From a virus: DNA of 64,000 bases. Position 1 is the stretch's first letter. Each line of letters starts with the position of its first letter. The notes beneath the pieces were generated by a model that saw only the letters and a program-made list of their open reading frames with translations, did not search any database and was not told the DNA's origin. The DNA is taken from the IMG/VR virus record IMGVR_UViG_3300029319_000005, positions 83,377 to 147,376 of that record, one strand, 5' to 3'. A program made the position numbers and the translations under genes. Of the stretch, positions 41,547 through 50,621 are shown in pieces.

Positions 41547-41797
41547 TTGTGAGTTGGTTCAATCTTCTTTGCTAAGGTTCGAAGATGTTCTGAGAACGTG
41601 TTCTGAGTAGTGCTTAGCTGGTTCTTGAGGATTGCTACTTCGTCAACAAGATCGCTAATCCTGCTTCTCATAGCACCAAGCTTGTTGTTGGTTTCCAGTA
41701 GCTGCTCTTGTAAAGCTATAGTCTTTGTAGATAGCTCTTCATTTGTCTGTAGGTTTAGTAGTCCTTCGTCGACTACATTCTTCTTTCTTCCTGCCAT
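41540..41797 (-). CDS. coiled-coil protein
   Basis: Heptad pattern; AGGAG SD. Confidence 0.55.
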   Translation of the reverse strand: MAGRKKNVVDEGLLNLQTNEELSTKTIALQEQLLETNNKLGAMRSRISDLVDEVAILKNQLSTTQNTFSEHLRTLAKKIEPTHKW

Positions 41798-41809
41798 TTT
41801 CTAACTCCT

Positions 41810-41905
41810 TTAGAATCCGGGGCAATGTATAAAAATACTAGCGGTTGATACAATTCCAAAGCAAATTATAGCAACCATAAGAAACTTTTGAAAGTTTTCT
41901 TTCAT
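41810..41905 (-). CDS. 31-aa single-TM peptide (MKENFQKFLMVAIICFGIVSTASIFIHCPGF)
   Basis: Hand translation; lies just downstream of a sigma70-like promoter. Confidence 0.4.
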   Translation of the reverse strand: MKENFQKFLMVAIICFGIVSTASIFIHCPGF

Positions 41906-42049
41906 ATAAATACAATAACATATATAATATATTATTTAAATAAATATAAATATTTATTATTCTTTTTGATCAAACAGATATTTTAGTCCAATAATAAATA
42001 AAATTAAATATACTAGCCATTTTATTTTAGTAAACAAAGGGTGCTCCAT

Positions 42050-42457
42050 TTACTTTTCTTTAAGGTCTAGTACCCATTCGCCATTTACTTTCTTAGCACT
42101 TACTCTCATTCCAAGAAAATACCAACGCTCGAACACGCTAGCGTCTAACTCCGGTACAAGGCCTTTCTCAATGTCTCTAAAAAATCCAACTGCTCCCTGG
42201 ATAATCTGCGACTCAACCGAGTGGTCATCTCCAATCTCAAAAACTTTTTTACTCTTGTGCTTTATATCTAGCCATGCTACTGTGTCTGCCAATGTTTGTT
42301 TCATTCTTTTATTTTTGGCAATGTGGGCAGCATGATACAAATGCCCCTTTAGTGTATCAATATGGATTCCCATAAATGGGTGCCCACCGTAAGTTACCTT
42401 TGCGGAAGCGCTCACGGATATAAAACACAAAATTATAGCTAATATTAATTTTTTCAT
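42050..42457 (-). CDS. secreted hypothetical protein
   Basis: Signal peptide ending ASA. Confidence 0.55.
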   Translation of the reverse strand: MKKLILAIILCFISVSASAKVTYGGHPFMGIHIDTLKGHLYHAAHIAKNKRMKQTLADTVAWLDIKHKSKKVFEIGDDHSVESQIIQGAVGFFRDIEKGLVPELDASVFERWYFLGMRVSAKKVNGEWVLDLKEK

Positions 42458-43059
42458 TAGATTACTCCTCTATCCATCTTCTGGATTTGTAGCTTTATGT
42501 CTTCAGTATACACTAGTCTAGGATCTTTTTCCTCGTATAATGAAAATTTAGACTTATCAAAATCATCAATCGATAGGCTGACAACCATCATCTCTCCGCC
42601 GTGCCTATCGACGCTAGCTGCTGCATTACTTTCGGCTAATTCATAATTTCCCCATTCGCTTGGAGCAGGAACTCCGTTTTCAACTAATGAGTCTTTTAGT
42701 GCGGTCGACGTACCATAGAAAAGTTCAGTTATGTTGTCTAAACGCTTAGATTTAGGAGGATCGATGCCTTTAAAATAACTGGGAAGGCCCATTTCGCCTG
42801 TAGCTCTCCAATCTCCGCTGTTGACTGCTTCTAAGGCAGAATAGAGATCTATCTCTCCTCCCCCAAGACTATCAGTCCACGAGACGCCATTTTCATCTAC
42901 TTTTTCAATTTTAATGATAAGAGGCTTTTCCTCTGAAAACTCATGGTCTCGTATCACGGCACCAGGGACAATGCCAGCGGCCTCTAACTTCTGCAAGTAC
43001 TGTGTGCTAACTCTCGATTCTTTCAAAAACTTCCGCCACTCTGTTAGTAGTTTTTTCAT
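42457..43059 (-). CDS. leader-tagged protein with possible degenerate ADP-ribosyltransferase-like C-terminus
   Basis: MKKLLTEWRKFLKES; LFYGTS..SLVENG resembles LYHGT..I..xG. Confidence 0.45.
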   Translation of the reverse strand: MKKLLTEWRKFLKESRVSTQYLQKLEAAGIVPGAVIRDHEFSEEKPLIIKIEKVDENGVSWTDSLGGGEIDLYSALEAVNSGDWRATGEMGLPSYFKGIDPPKSKRLDNITELFYGTSTALKDSLVENGVPAPSEWGNYELAESNAAASVDRHGGEMMVVSLSIDDFDKSKFSLYEEKDPRLVYTEDIKLQIQKMDRGVI

Positions 43060-43676
43060 TCTTTTTTTACCAGTTCCTTATTTATGATATCATAGCCTTC
43101 CACAACTCCCACCTTTTCGTAATCAAAATCGGGGAGTAGAGCAATCTTTTGTTCTGGAAATTTACCATTTACAATAAATGAACAAGCTTGACCTACCACT
43201 TCTGTGAAAAGGGCTGGATGTGACTTAGGTGGCATTGTTTGTATGTGTGCATTATAAGAAGCAATTTCGCCTTTGGCATCGAACTTTGTACCTCGTTGGA
43301 TGTGAGACATGAAGTCGTGGACTGCTCTAAATTTTGCGTTTGTCTTGGGATCAAAGATATCGTGTTCTGCATCAAGCGTAGAAATTTTTAAAACACCATT
43401 CTGTTTCACATCTTGCTTTAATTCTTCTGCTGTAGCATAAGGATGTTCCTCAACAAACTCTACATCGATAACACCTTCAATTCTTTTAAACATCTTATCA
43501 ACAAAAGGCTTCATCGCTTCAAAATAGGGAACAGCGGCTGAATCAAACCTGGGCGCTTTAGCATAAGCTTCTGCAACCAACTGGCAATACTTATCCCAAC
43601 CATTTGGTCCGGGCTTAAGCATTAATTTTTCATCTAATACGACGAATTTACGCCAATTTTCAAGTAAGAGTTTCAT
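43056..43676 (-). CDS. leader-tagged protein with FRAVHDxxxH motif (possible metal-binding enzyme)
   Basis: MKLLLENWRKF; NAKFRAVHDFMSH..GE..ALFTEVVGQ. Confidence 0.55.
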   Translation of the reverse strand: MKLLLENWRKFVVLDEKLMLKPGPNGWDKYCQLVAEAYAKAPRFDSAAVPYFEAMKPFVDKMFKRIEGVIDVEFVEEHPYATAEELKQDVKQNGVLKISTLDAEHDIFDPKTNAKFRAVHDFMSHIQRGTKFDAKGEIASYNAHIQTMPPKSHPALFTEVVGQACSFIVNGKFPEQKIALLPDFDYEKVGVVEGYDIINKELVKKE

Positions 43677-43677
43677 A

Positions 43678-44217
43678 TTACCATGCCTTACAAGACCAAT
43701 ATCTTGCTTTCCATTTAGGCCCAGGGTTTTTGCAATTATGTCGAGCCCTGAAAGATTTTCTAGCCTTTGGATTAGATTTTCTAATTTTCATATTAGGATC
43801 ACCGAAGTTTACTTTAACAACGTTGCCTTTTGCATTCTTAACATAGACCTTAGATTTTTTAACATCACCCTTCATAGGCTTATTTAATGTTACTTTGCGA
43901 CCTTGGTATTCTGCTTCTTCTAAAACCTCGCCTTCTGCGAGCATCTCATAGTAGGCTTGCTCGTCTACATCTTCGGTAGTAACTTTCTTTTGTTGCTTGG
44001 CTTTTTTAACTTTGCTTTTAAGACGATTCATATTATATTTACCAATCTTAGACAGCTTCGACAAAGCCTGCACCGCTGATGGACTACTATGCCCAGCCAT
44101 TATGGCATCGATTGCTTGTTTCTCTAGTTCAGCTATGTTTGGAGAATCGTCTTCACTTAACAAGGCATTAAGTTCTTCTTTTACAATTTTTCTAATCTGT
44201 TCTTTTGTGATATTCAT
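43678..44217 (-). CDS. leader-tagged protein with basic C-terminal domain (FGDP..SFRARHNC..YWSC)
   Basis: MNITKEQIRKIVKEEL; basic domain follows VLEE. Confidence 0.65.
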   Translation of the reverse strand: MNITKEQIRKIVKEELNALLSEDDSPNIAELEKQAIDAIMAGHSSPSAVQALSKLSKIGKYNMNRLKSKVKKAKQQKKVTTEDVDEQAYYEMLAEGEVLEEAEYQGRKVTLNKPMKGDVKKSKVYVKNAKGNVVKVNFGDPNMKIRKSNPKARKSFRARHNCKNPGPKWKARYWSCKAW

Positions 44218-44339
44218 CGGTCTGCTCCTATTGGCTTTTTCCTTATTTTTCCCTTTTCTAACATTTTCCGACCCACCTGGCCAGTCAAGTTCATCCGGTC
44301 ATATGTGTGGCTCATACCAGCCTTGTTTACTATCTTTCA

Positions 44340-45368
44340 TTATCCTTTTTTTCCTGCTTTAGATTTTTTGCCAGATTTTTTTGAGGTCCCACAATCAGAT
44401 GGTGTTGGGCGACAATGTGGATACTTTGCTCTTTTTTCGCCCTCTTTTCTTCCGCACGATTTGCAAGTTTTCCTACCAGTCTTCTCGTCTTTTCTACAGG
44501 TATTGCAGTCCACCCAGCCTTTTGATTTGCCTTTACCACCTTGTCGGGAAAACCAACCGTGTAGACCGGATTCTTTTTCTTTAGAGTAGTCAGTTTTCTT
44601 TTTCTTTTCTTCTAGCTCGTTCTCTTGAACGGGCACACAATTGGGAACCATACGATCGCCCTTTTTCTTCATCCCAACTTGCTCATATCCCTGCCAGCAC
44701 GCTTCACCTAATACGTTTTGTATTTCTTCTTCTACTATCTTTCTAATATCTTCTTTTACACCTTTCCAAATCTTTCCTTGTCGGCATTTGACCACTGCTC
44801 CGGATGCATATGCAGATGGCCAAACATCATACTTACGCTTTGCTATTCTAGTGCAGCGGTCCCCCTTCTTCTTTTTCTTCTTTTTCTTCTTCTTGCGTTT
44901 TTTTTCTTCTAGCGAATCTTGATTTTTTTCTTGCCATTCCGCAGACTTATCATCTTCTGTAATTGGGCCGCCTTTCGCCCATGTCCGGCAAGACCTGGCG
45001 GAGTGGCATTTAAAGTGGTGCATCCAACAGTACCCAAGCTCACCATCATCATCGGATGTTTCTCCAGGCATGCAGTCTTTCATTCTTGGTGAGATATCAA
45101 ATGCTACACAATTGCCACATAATGATGCCTTAGCGGCCTTTTCATCGGTATTCCAATACTCAGCTATGTCTTTCCAGTAATCCCCCGGTTCATCGACGTT
45201 TAAAGGGCCATATTGAATATGATCTTCGTGGATAGCTGCATCGCGGTTCTTTGTGTTTAATTTTAGATCTTGAGTTGCCGGTGGGCAAACAAGCTCCGTT
45301 GCTGCTTTAACAACAACATCAACACTTTCTTTTAGATATCTTTGCCACTCTGTTAACAATTTTTTCAT
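44340..45368 (-). CDS. leader-tagged multi-module basic/Cys-rich protein
   Basis: MKKLLTEWQRYLKES; modules separated by LEE/LGE; internal IRKIVEEE. Confidence 0.7.
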   Translation of the reverse strand: MKKLLTEWQRYLKESVDVVVKAATELVCPPATQDLKLNTKNRDAAIHEDHIQYGPLNVDEPGDYWKDIAEYWNTDEKAAKASLCGNCVAFDISPRMKDCMPGETSDDDGELGYCWMHHFKCHSARSCRTWAKGGPITEDDKSAEWQEKNQDSLEEKKRKKKKKKKKKKGDRCTRIAKRKYDVWPSAYASGAVVKCRQGKIWKGVKEDIRKIVEEEIQNVLGEACWQGYEQVGMKKKGDRMVPNCVPVQENELEEKKKKTDYSKEKESGLHGWFSRQGGKGKSKGWVDCNTCRKDEKTGRKTCKSCGRKEGEKRAKYPHCRPTPSDCGTSKKSGKKSKAGKKG

Positions 45369-46993
45369 TATTCATTTACTCCCTTTGGTAATCCTAAAAG
45401 TATCTTCGTTTCTTTAGAACCGCCAATATCCCTTATATACCAACCATTATAATTAGGATATTTACCTTCAGGATGACCACCTAGCCATGTTATTTCTTTA
45501 CCTAACACTCTTTCGACATCTTCTTGACTATCCACAAACGGGACACCGTACTTGGTTATCATAATGTGAGCAATTGCTTTTGACATCTCAGAAAAATATC
45601 CAGGAGTATTCAATAATTGCGCTGACTTATCTATATAAGCAGTTATAGCTTCTTTGCTTCCATCGTGGCCCGCAACAGTCATCTTTTTGCCTGCTGGCTT
45701 GTTAGAAGACACGCGCAAAGCGTCTGGCTCCGGATCAGAGTCTATATCAGTTGCAATGTATTCATCGTATTTGCCCGGTAAATCCGATGCAGATCTTATA
45801 TTCGAATGTCCACCAATTTTCTTATAGGCATTATTTATAAGATTATATAACTCATCGGCTAGGTTTATTTCGCCGCCACGATCTCTAGCAGCAGAAGCAA
45901 TATCTTCGATAGGTATATCAAGCCACTGGCCTTTGGGGGCGTCGTAGTCTGCCCATTTATTTTCATTCAAATTAACTTCTCTTTGAAATAGAAAGTATAC
46001 AGGCACCTGTTCAAGACCAAGTTCCTGTGCAATTTGATGTCTATGGTTCCCCTCGCCAATTTTGGCTACACCATTCGATCCAAATTGAATAAGCAAGGGC
46101 TCACGTATACCGTTTTCTTTTATGTCCGCCCTTAACTCTTCGTATTTGCCAGTTTTTATTCTACGTAGCCGGTCCTTAACGTACTCTCTGTAAGGGGCGA
46201 GTTCTTCAGTTGGGTAATAAACGGGATCACTGGAATCGACGTTACTTTCCATGATAGTACCTCGATTTTCAACCCAACATTTTAAAAGCTGTTCAATGGA
46301 AGGAGGATTATTTTTATTAATTGTATAATACGCTTTGCCATAAGGGTCTATTTCGGGACAAACAAAGTTATCTCTTCCGACATCATCGTATGTAAACGAT
46401 TCATTCAAAAACTTCCGCCAATCTACTCTCCCTACTAGTTGTAAGATCTTGGCAACGTTTTTGTGACTGTTTGGCTGAGCAATAATTTTATAAGCCTTTA
46501 AGTCAGCATTTGCCTTTTGGGCCAAAAATGCCCTGTGGTTCCCATCAGTAACTTCACCATTTTCATCAATAGTAATGGGAGGAAATTTGGAAAAATCAAC
46601 TTCGCGTGGGTCGGCTGGATTATTTCTAAAATAGAGCGCATCTTTCCCGGCGGCTTTATCTTTGATGTATTGTTGATATTTTCTCTCTCGTTCTTTTACC
46701 GCCTCATCTGATATTTTATAATCACTTGGACTTACTAAAAACGGGCCTTCTAAAATATATTTGTCTATGCCATGTATAAATCGTTTCAATTCTGGGTATG
46801 AGTCACGACCTTCGTTGTAATGATAATCTAATAATCGCTTTTGCTTTGGGAACATGCCTATTAATAGTTGGTGGATTTCGTTAGCTTTTTTGGGATCTCG
46901 CAAAGCATTACCTACATTTTCCCAATCACTAGTTTTCATCGAATGGATCTCTTCATTCAAAAACTTCCGCCACTCTGTTAGTAGTTTTTTCAT
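45368..46993 (-). CDS. leader-tagged protein with two ParB/Srx-like domains and a third unknown domain
   Basis: PPITI..DGNHR and EPLLI..EGNHR, separated by WRKFLNES. Confidence 0.7.
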   Translation of the reverse strand: MKKLLTEWRKFLNEEIHSMKTSDWENVGNALRDPKKANEIHQLLIGMFPKQKRLLDYHYNEGRDSYPELKRFIHGIDKYILEGPFLVSPSDYKISDEAVKERERKYQQYIKDKAAGKDALYFRNNPADPREVDFSKFPPITIDENGEVTDGNHRAFLAQKANADLKAYKIIAQPNSHKNVAKILQLVGRVDWRKFLNESFTYDDVGRDNFVCPEIDPYGKAYYTINKNNPPSIEQLLKCWVENRGTIMESNVDSSDPVYYPTEELAPYREYVKDRLRRIKTGKYEELRADIKENGIREPLLIQFGSNGVAKIGEGNHRHQIAQELGLEQVPVYFLFQREVNLNENKWADYDAPKGQWLDIPIEDIASAARDRGGEINLADELYNLINNAYKKIGGHSNIRSASDLPGKYDEYIATDIDSDPEPDALRVSSNKPAGKKMTVAGHDGSKEAITAYIDKSAQLLNTPGYFSEMSKAIAHIMITKYGVPFVDSQEDVERVLGKEITWLGGHPEGKYPNYNGWYIRDIGGSKETKILLGLPKGVNE

Positions 46994-47409
46994 TCGTATA
47001 CCACGCTCATTCCCATAGAAGTCTCTGTTGACTTGCCAGAGTTTCTACCAAGCGCGTGCAAGACTTCAATTGGATCATATCCAACTATTATTCTATCGTT
47101 AACAACAAATAGTGGAATAGCGTTTAATGTGCCTTCGTATCCTATCTGTTTTGCGATCAACTTAAGTTGTTCTTTAACAGCCTTATTTTCAAAATCTTTT
47201 TCAATAAAAGTAACATCGTTATCAATTAAAAATTTCTTTGCTGTTTTACACCATCCACACCAAGGAGCAGAATAAAGTATGACAGTATTTTTTGGGATAT
47301 TTATCTTTTGAACTGTTACTATAACGTTCTGTCTTAGAGGTATAGAACTTTCCGGAATACAGGAAGAGGTTAGAAATAAGGAGAGTATTGCTAAAATTAT
47401 TTTTTTCAA
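46990..47409 (-). CDS. glutaredoxin-like lipoprotein
   Basis: LTSSC lipobox; LYSAPWCGWC; IPLF..IIVGY. Confidence 0.8.
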   Translation of the reverse strand: MKKIILAILSLFLTSSCIPESSIPLRQNVIVTVQKINIPKNTVILYSAPWCGWCKTAKKFLIDNDVTFIEKDFENKAVKEQLKLIAKQIGYEGTLNAIPLFVVNDRIIVGYDPIEVLHALGRNSGKSTETSMGMSVVYE

Positions 47410-47412
47410 TTA

Positions 47413-48612
47413 TTAACCCTCTTTATGTTTAAAATAGTTAACTTGTTTTTCTCTCTTTTCCGCGCCCTTTTTTGAATCGTAGCAACCGAGATTACGACCT
47501 GTTTTTGCAATCAAACAATACTTTCCATCTTTCTTTCTAATGACTTCAAATAAGCCTCTTATTATAGCCTCTCTTAACACTTGACGTATTGTAATAGAGC
47601 TAGATTCTCTTAAGAGACTCTCAAACATCTCAGAGGGATGGTGTTGTCGCGAAATATCTTTACCAGTGATTTTACCCATCCACTGATCCCTAAATTTTCC
47701 TGCCAAATCTGCGTCGCTTTTTGATGCTCTTTTGGAGTAGTCATTTGGAATTTTAAACTTTTTACCTCCGGGCATTATCACTTCAAGGTCACCCTCCAGG
47801 TTAATTTTTTTAGCCACAATCTCGACCCAAGTGTCCCAAAGAGACTTCGATACGCTAGCTTCAGTAGTTTTATTCATAGCAGCAATTTGCCTTAAGAACT
47901 CGACATACTTCTCAGCCATCTTAACTCCGCCTTTTGTAAGCTGATATAAGTTAGAGCTTGTGTCCAGCTTCTTTCCAGCGGTTTTAAAGCCGACACGACC
48001 GTCTTTGTCTGTTTTTATTAATTTACCTTCAGGATCAAGACCTTTATAAATATTAAGATTGATGCTGTCTATGCATCCTAGTCTACCTATTATTAGCTGT
48101 GAAGCAAAGGCTGCTTTTGGCAAGCCAAGACCCGGAACTCTTAAAAACTTAAGATAAGTATTGAACATTGCCTCTTCTTTTTCGATGCTTCCGGATTTAG
48201 CATTATTATATTTGTTTATGTCTGACATTATAGAGGAATACATTTTTCCTCGATTGTTCCAAATATAATCGATTGCTCTCTTCCTGAATCCTAGTATTAA
48301 CATTTTTATAGACTGCGGGAAGTCTTGGAATTCTTCTCCGGTTAATAGGCCATCATTTTGTTTGATGTATTTCATCAAGATAGGAAATCTTGGAACAACT
48401 TCATACCATCTCTGTTGCTGAGTTGCGATAACGAAAATTAACATTTCTGCTAAATTTTCTGGGCTCTCTTGTGCATAAGAGTTGATGGCGGGATTGTAAA
48501 TACAAAAGCCACTGTCACCAATGTCTGCAACATTTAAGACTAGCGGATCCGGTTCGTCGAGTCTGTCTTCTTCTTTTAAGAACCGCTTCCAAGATTCAAG
48601 TAGTAATTTCAT
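47413..48612 (-). CDS. leader-tagged HhH (DNA glycosylase-like) protein with C-terminal micro-domain
   Basis: MKLLLESWKRFLKEE; LRVPGLGLPKA..CID. Confidence 0.55.
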   Translation of the reverse strand: MKLLLESWKRFLKEEDRLDEPDPLVLNVADIGDSGFCIYNPAINSYAQESPENLAEMLIFVIATQQQRWYEVVPRFPILMKYIKQNDGLLTGEEFQDFPQSIKMLILGFRKRAIDYIWNNRGKMYSSIMSDINKYNNAKSGSIEKEEAMFNTYLKFLRVPGLGLPKAAFASQLIIGRLGCIDSINLNIYKGLDPEGKLIKTDKDGRVGFKTAGKKLDTSSNLYQLTKGGVKMAEKYVEFLRQIAAMNKTTEASVSKSLWDTWVEIVAKKINLEGDLEVIMPGGKKFKIPNDYSKRASKSDADLAGKFRDQWMGKITGKDISRQHHPSEMFESLLRESSSITIRQVLREAIIRGLFEVIRKKDGKYCLIAKTGRNLGCYDSKKGAEKREKQVNYFKHKEG

Positions 48613-48651
48613 ACTATTAAATAGTATTTAAATCAATAAGATGACGTAAAA

Positions 48652-48961
48652 TGGTGGAGGTGTCGGGAGTCGAACCCGAGTCCTAAATATATCGAATAAA
48701 ACGTCGTTCACAAGGTTAGTTGGTTTTTGGCTCCAACAAGCACAAGACACAAATTCTTTACTATTGGGTAAGGCTAGTAAAGAAGCCTTTATTTGCAGCT
48801 TTGGTTAACAAGGTTGCTGCCACCCCGTGGTTATGCCGCTAGGGCGTAATCAAAAGCAACGTTATCGTTGGCAATTAAAGTTTTGAGTGTTTTTACTGTG
48901 CCGCACTCACACAGCCTTGCACATTCTATTTTCAATACCCAGTCGATACCAATTCACCCCC
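48652..48961 (-). ncRNA. ssrA: tmRNA, tag (A)ANDNVAFDYALAA
   Basis: 5' GGGGGTG pairs with 3' CACCTCC-ACCA, giving the G3.U Ala determinant; T arm TCGGG-TTCGACT-CCCGA; tag ORF at 48872-48831. Confidence 0.95.
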
Positions 48962-48966
48962 GTGTT

Positions 48967-49068
48967 TTAGCACTTGCCGGAACAATTTGCACACGAGCAG
49001 CAGCCGCAACAGCAGCAGCAATGGCTATTATTAAACAGATTTACTAATTTGTGAAGTAATAATTTCAT
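48967..49068 (-). CDS. 33-aa Cys-rich peptide MKLLLHKLVNLFNNSHCCCCCGCCSCANCSGKC
   Basis: Hand translation; GGAGAGGGGG SD and CTAATTA motif upstream; below the ORF-track size cutoff. Confidence 0.65.
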   Translation of the reverse strand: MKLLLHKLVNLFNNSHCCCCCGCCSCANCSGKC

Positions 49069-49091
49069 TAGTTTTACCCCCTCTCCAATAA

Positions 49092-49433
49092 TTAGTTTTG
49101 TTCACTCTCAAAAAGCTTCTCTCTGCGTATATAATAGTTAAGTTGCTTGATGCTCATTCCAAGAAACATAGAAGCTTCTTTTTTACTTTGAGCCGCAGAA
49201 ATAGCGTATTTAAAAATAGCATTTTTGCATATTTTACCAATTCTATCATAAATCCGCAAACCATACAATTTATGCTTTACCACTCTTCCCGCCGTTTCCA
49301 ATTTTAGACCTATTAATTCTTCTAAAGTCAAATTAGAAAGCATTATTTCAAACTCATCGTTTGATTTACCTTCTTCTTTTAAAACTTTAGATAATGAATA
49401 GTTTTTAAGCGGTGACTGCTTGTTCATAAGCAT
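49092..49433 (-). CDS. Fis-like HTH protein
   Basis: SKKEASMFLGMSIKQLNYYI. Confidence 0.55.
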   Translation of the reverse strand: MLMNKQSPLKNYSLSKVLKEEGKSNDEFEIMLSNLTLEELIGLKLETAGRVVKHKLYGLRIYDRIGKICKNAIFKYAISAAQSKKEASMFLGMSIKQLNYYIRREKLFESEQN

Positions 49434-50406
49434 CCGTAGTTGGTTCTACTGCTGCCGGATTCAGTTCTTCTTCAAACTTATCAAAGTACAACTTGAGATT
49501 TGTTAGCAGATAATCATAAAAAAGTTCTTGATCTTCTTTATCTGACAAGAGATCGTAGGAATCTAATATATTGGCTTCTACCTTTTTAAAACTTTGATAT
49601 GCCATATTTCTGCCCGTTTCGTTTTGTCCTTCAATACCAAATTCTTGAACAGGGTCTGTCTCTTCCGGCTTTTCGTCATCAATTGGAATAAAATCGTCTC
49701 TATCGTCCAATCCTAATCCGCCGTCTTCAATATCAACATCTATCTCTTCTGTTAGTTCGGGTTCGTCGAGAATTGAATCTTGACCAGCGGCGTTATTAAT
49801 CATAGCGGGTTTAATAGTGTTTTCTACAGCATTTAAGATATGTGCTCTAAAAGAATTTCTTTGCTCTTTATTTGTAGTTAAAGTTTTATAGTCGGTCTCT
49901 AAGACTGGGATTATCTTTTTTAGCAACTCTTCTAATACATTAATTCCTGTAGCTCGACTTGGAGCAGGGTCCACATCTGGCGTTGCTGTTTCTTTTATTA
50001 GTTTTTTTATAATTGATCTAAGCTGAAGCTCTTGCTTTATTTCCTGTTTTCTTTCCTCTTTAATAATTCTAATAGCCTTTTGAACAAATTCTCTAAGCTT
50101 TAATTGTTCAACAAATTCATCTCTAGAAATACCACCCTCGACAGCACCGGCTGCCATTGAAGACATTTCGTCTAATTCTTCGATATCTTCTTCCATTGGT
50201 TGAAAACTTGTACTGGTACCTTCGTGGTCGGTTGATTTTGCTTGATCGCGAAGCTCACCAAAATCATGCTCTTCTTCCTCATCTGTTTCTTCTAAGTTAG
50301 CAACTCTTTTTTTGCTAATGTCGTCCCCAGAGGGAGTACCTTCGCCAAAACCTAAAGATTGACTTTCAGAGAGTACCTCTTGAATTAAAGAAAACAAATC
50401 CATCAA
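49405..50406 (-). CDS. acidic protein with internal LR..I...I.E motifs (possible head core protein)
   Basis: LIQEVLSE, LREFVQKAIRIIKEE, LRSIIKKLIKE. Confidence 0.55.
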   Translation of the reverse strand: MMDLFSLIQEVLSESQSLGFGEGTPSGDDISKKRVANLEETDEEEEHDFGELRDQAKSTDHEGTSTSFQPMEEDIEELDEMSSMAAGAVEGGISRDEFVEQLKLREFVQKAIRIIKEERKQEIKQELQLRSIIKKLIKETATPDVDPAPSRATGINVLEELLKKIIPVLETDYKTLTTNKEQRNSFRAHILNAVENTIKPAMINNAAGQDSILDEPELTEEIDVDIEDGGLGLDDRDDFIPIDDEKPEETDPVQEFGIEGQNETGRNMAYQSFKKVEANILDSYDLLSDKEDQELFYDYLLTNLKLYFDKFEEELNPAAVEPTTDAYEQAVTA

Positions 50407-50414
50407 TCTTTCCC

Positions 50415-50609
50415 TCAGTCTTTATTAATCTTATCTAGAACTTTCTTTACTACGCCTTTTTTTCCTTTTTTAGGTGCATCTTTTTCCGTTTTTGGCGCAG
50501 GCTTTGGCGCAGGAGTTGATGCAGTAGGCTCAGGGCTGGCGATCTCTGTTCTTTCTTGCCTTTGAATACGAGCCAACTTTCTTAATTTTCTTTTTCTTGG
50601 GCTTGCCAT
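50415..50609 (-). CDS. small basic protein
   Basis: K/R/P-rich 64 aa. Confidence 0.55.
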   Translation of the reverse strand: MASPRKRKLRKLARIQRQERTEIASPEPTASTPAPKPAPKTEKDAPKKGKKGVVKKVLDKINKD

Positions 50610-50621
50610 TATAATAATTCC

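Larger units (their letters stand above)
43022..46995. repeat. exact 40-bp repeat (43022-43061 = 46956-46995) and 21-bp repeat (46400-46420 = 46952-46972) encoding the leader motif
   Basis: ttcaaaaacttccgccactctgttagtagttttttcattc compared base by base. Confidence 0.9.

Noticed and set aside
41984-42049. 21-codon hydrophobic ORF in an extremely AT-rich gap
   Set aside because: Too short, with no supporting evidence beyond adjacency.
44864-44910. TTC/TTT low-complexity tract
   Set aside because: It simply encodes the poly-Lys stretch of the 342-aa protein.
43022-46995. 40-bp repeats as transposon ends or att sites
   Set aside because: No transposase or integrase in the window, and the repeats coincide with coding leaders; reported as cassette repeats instead.
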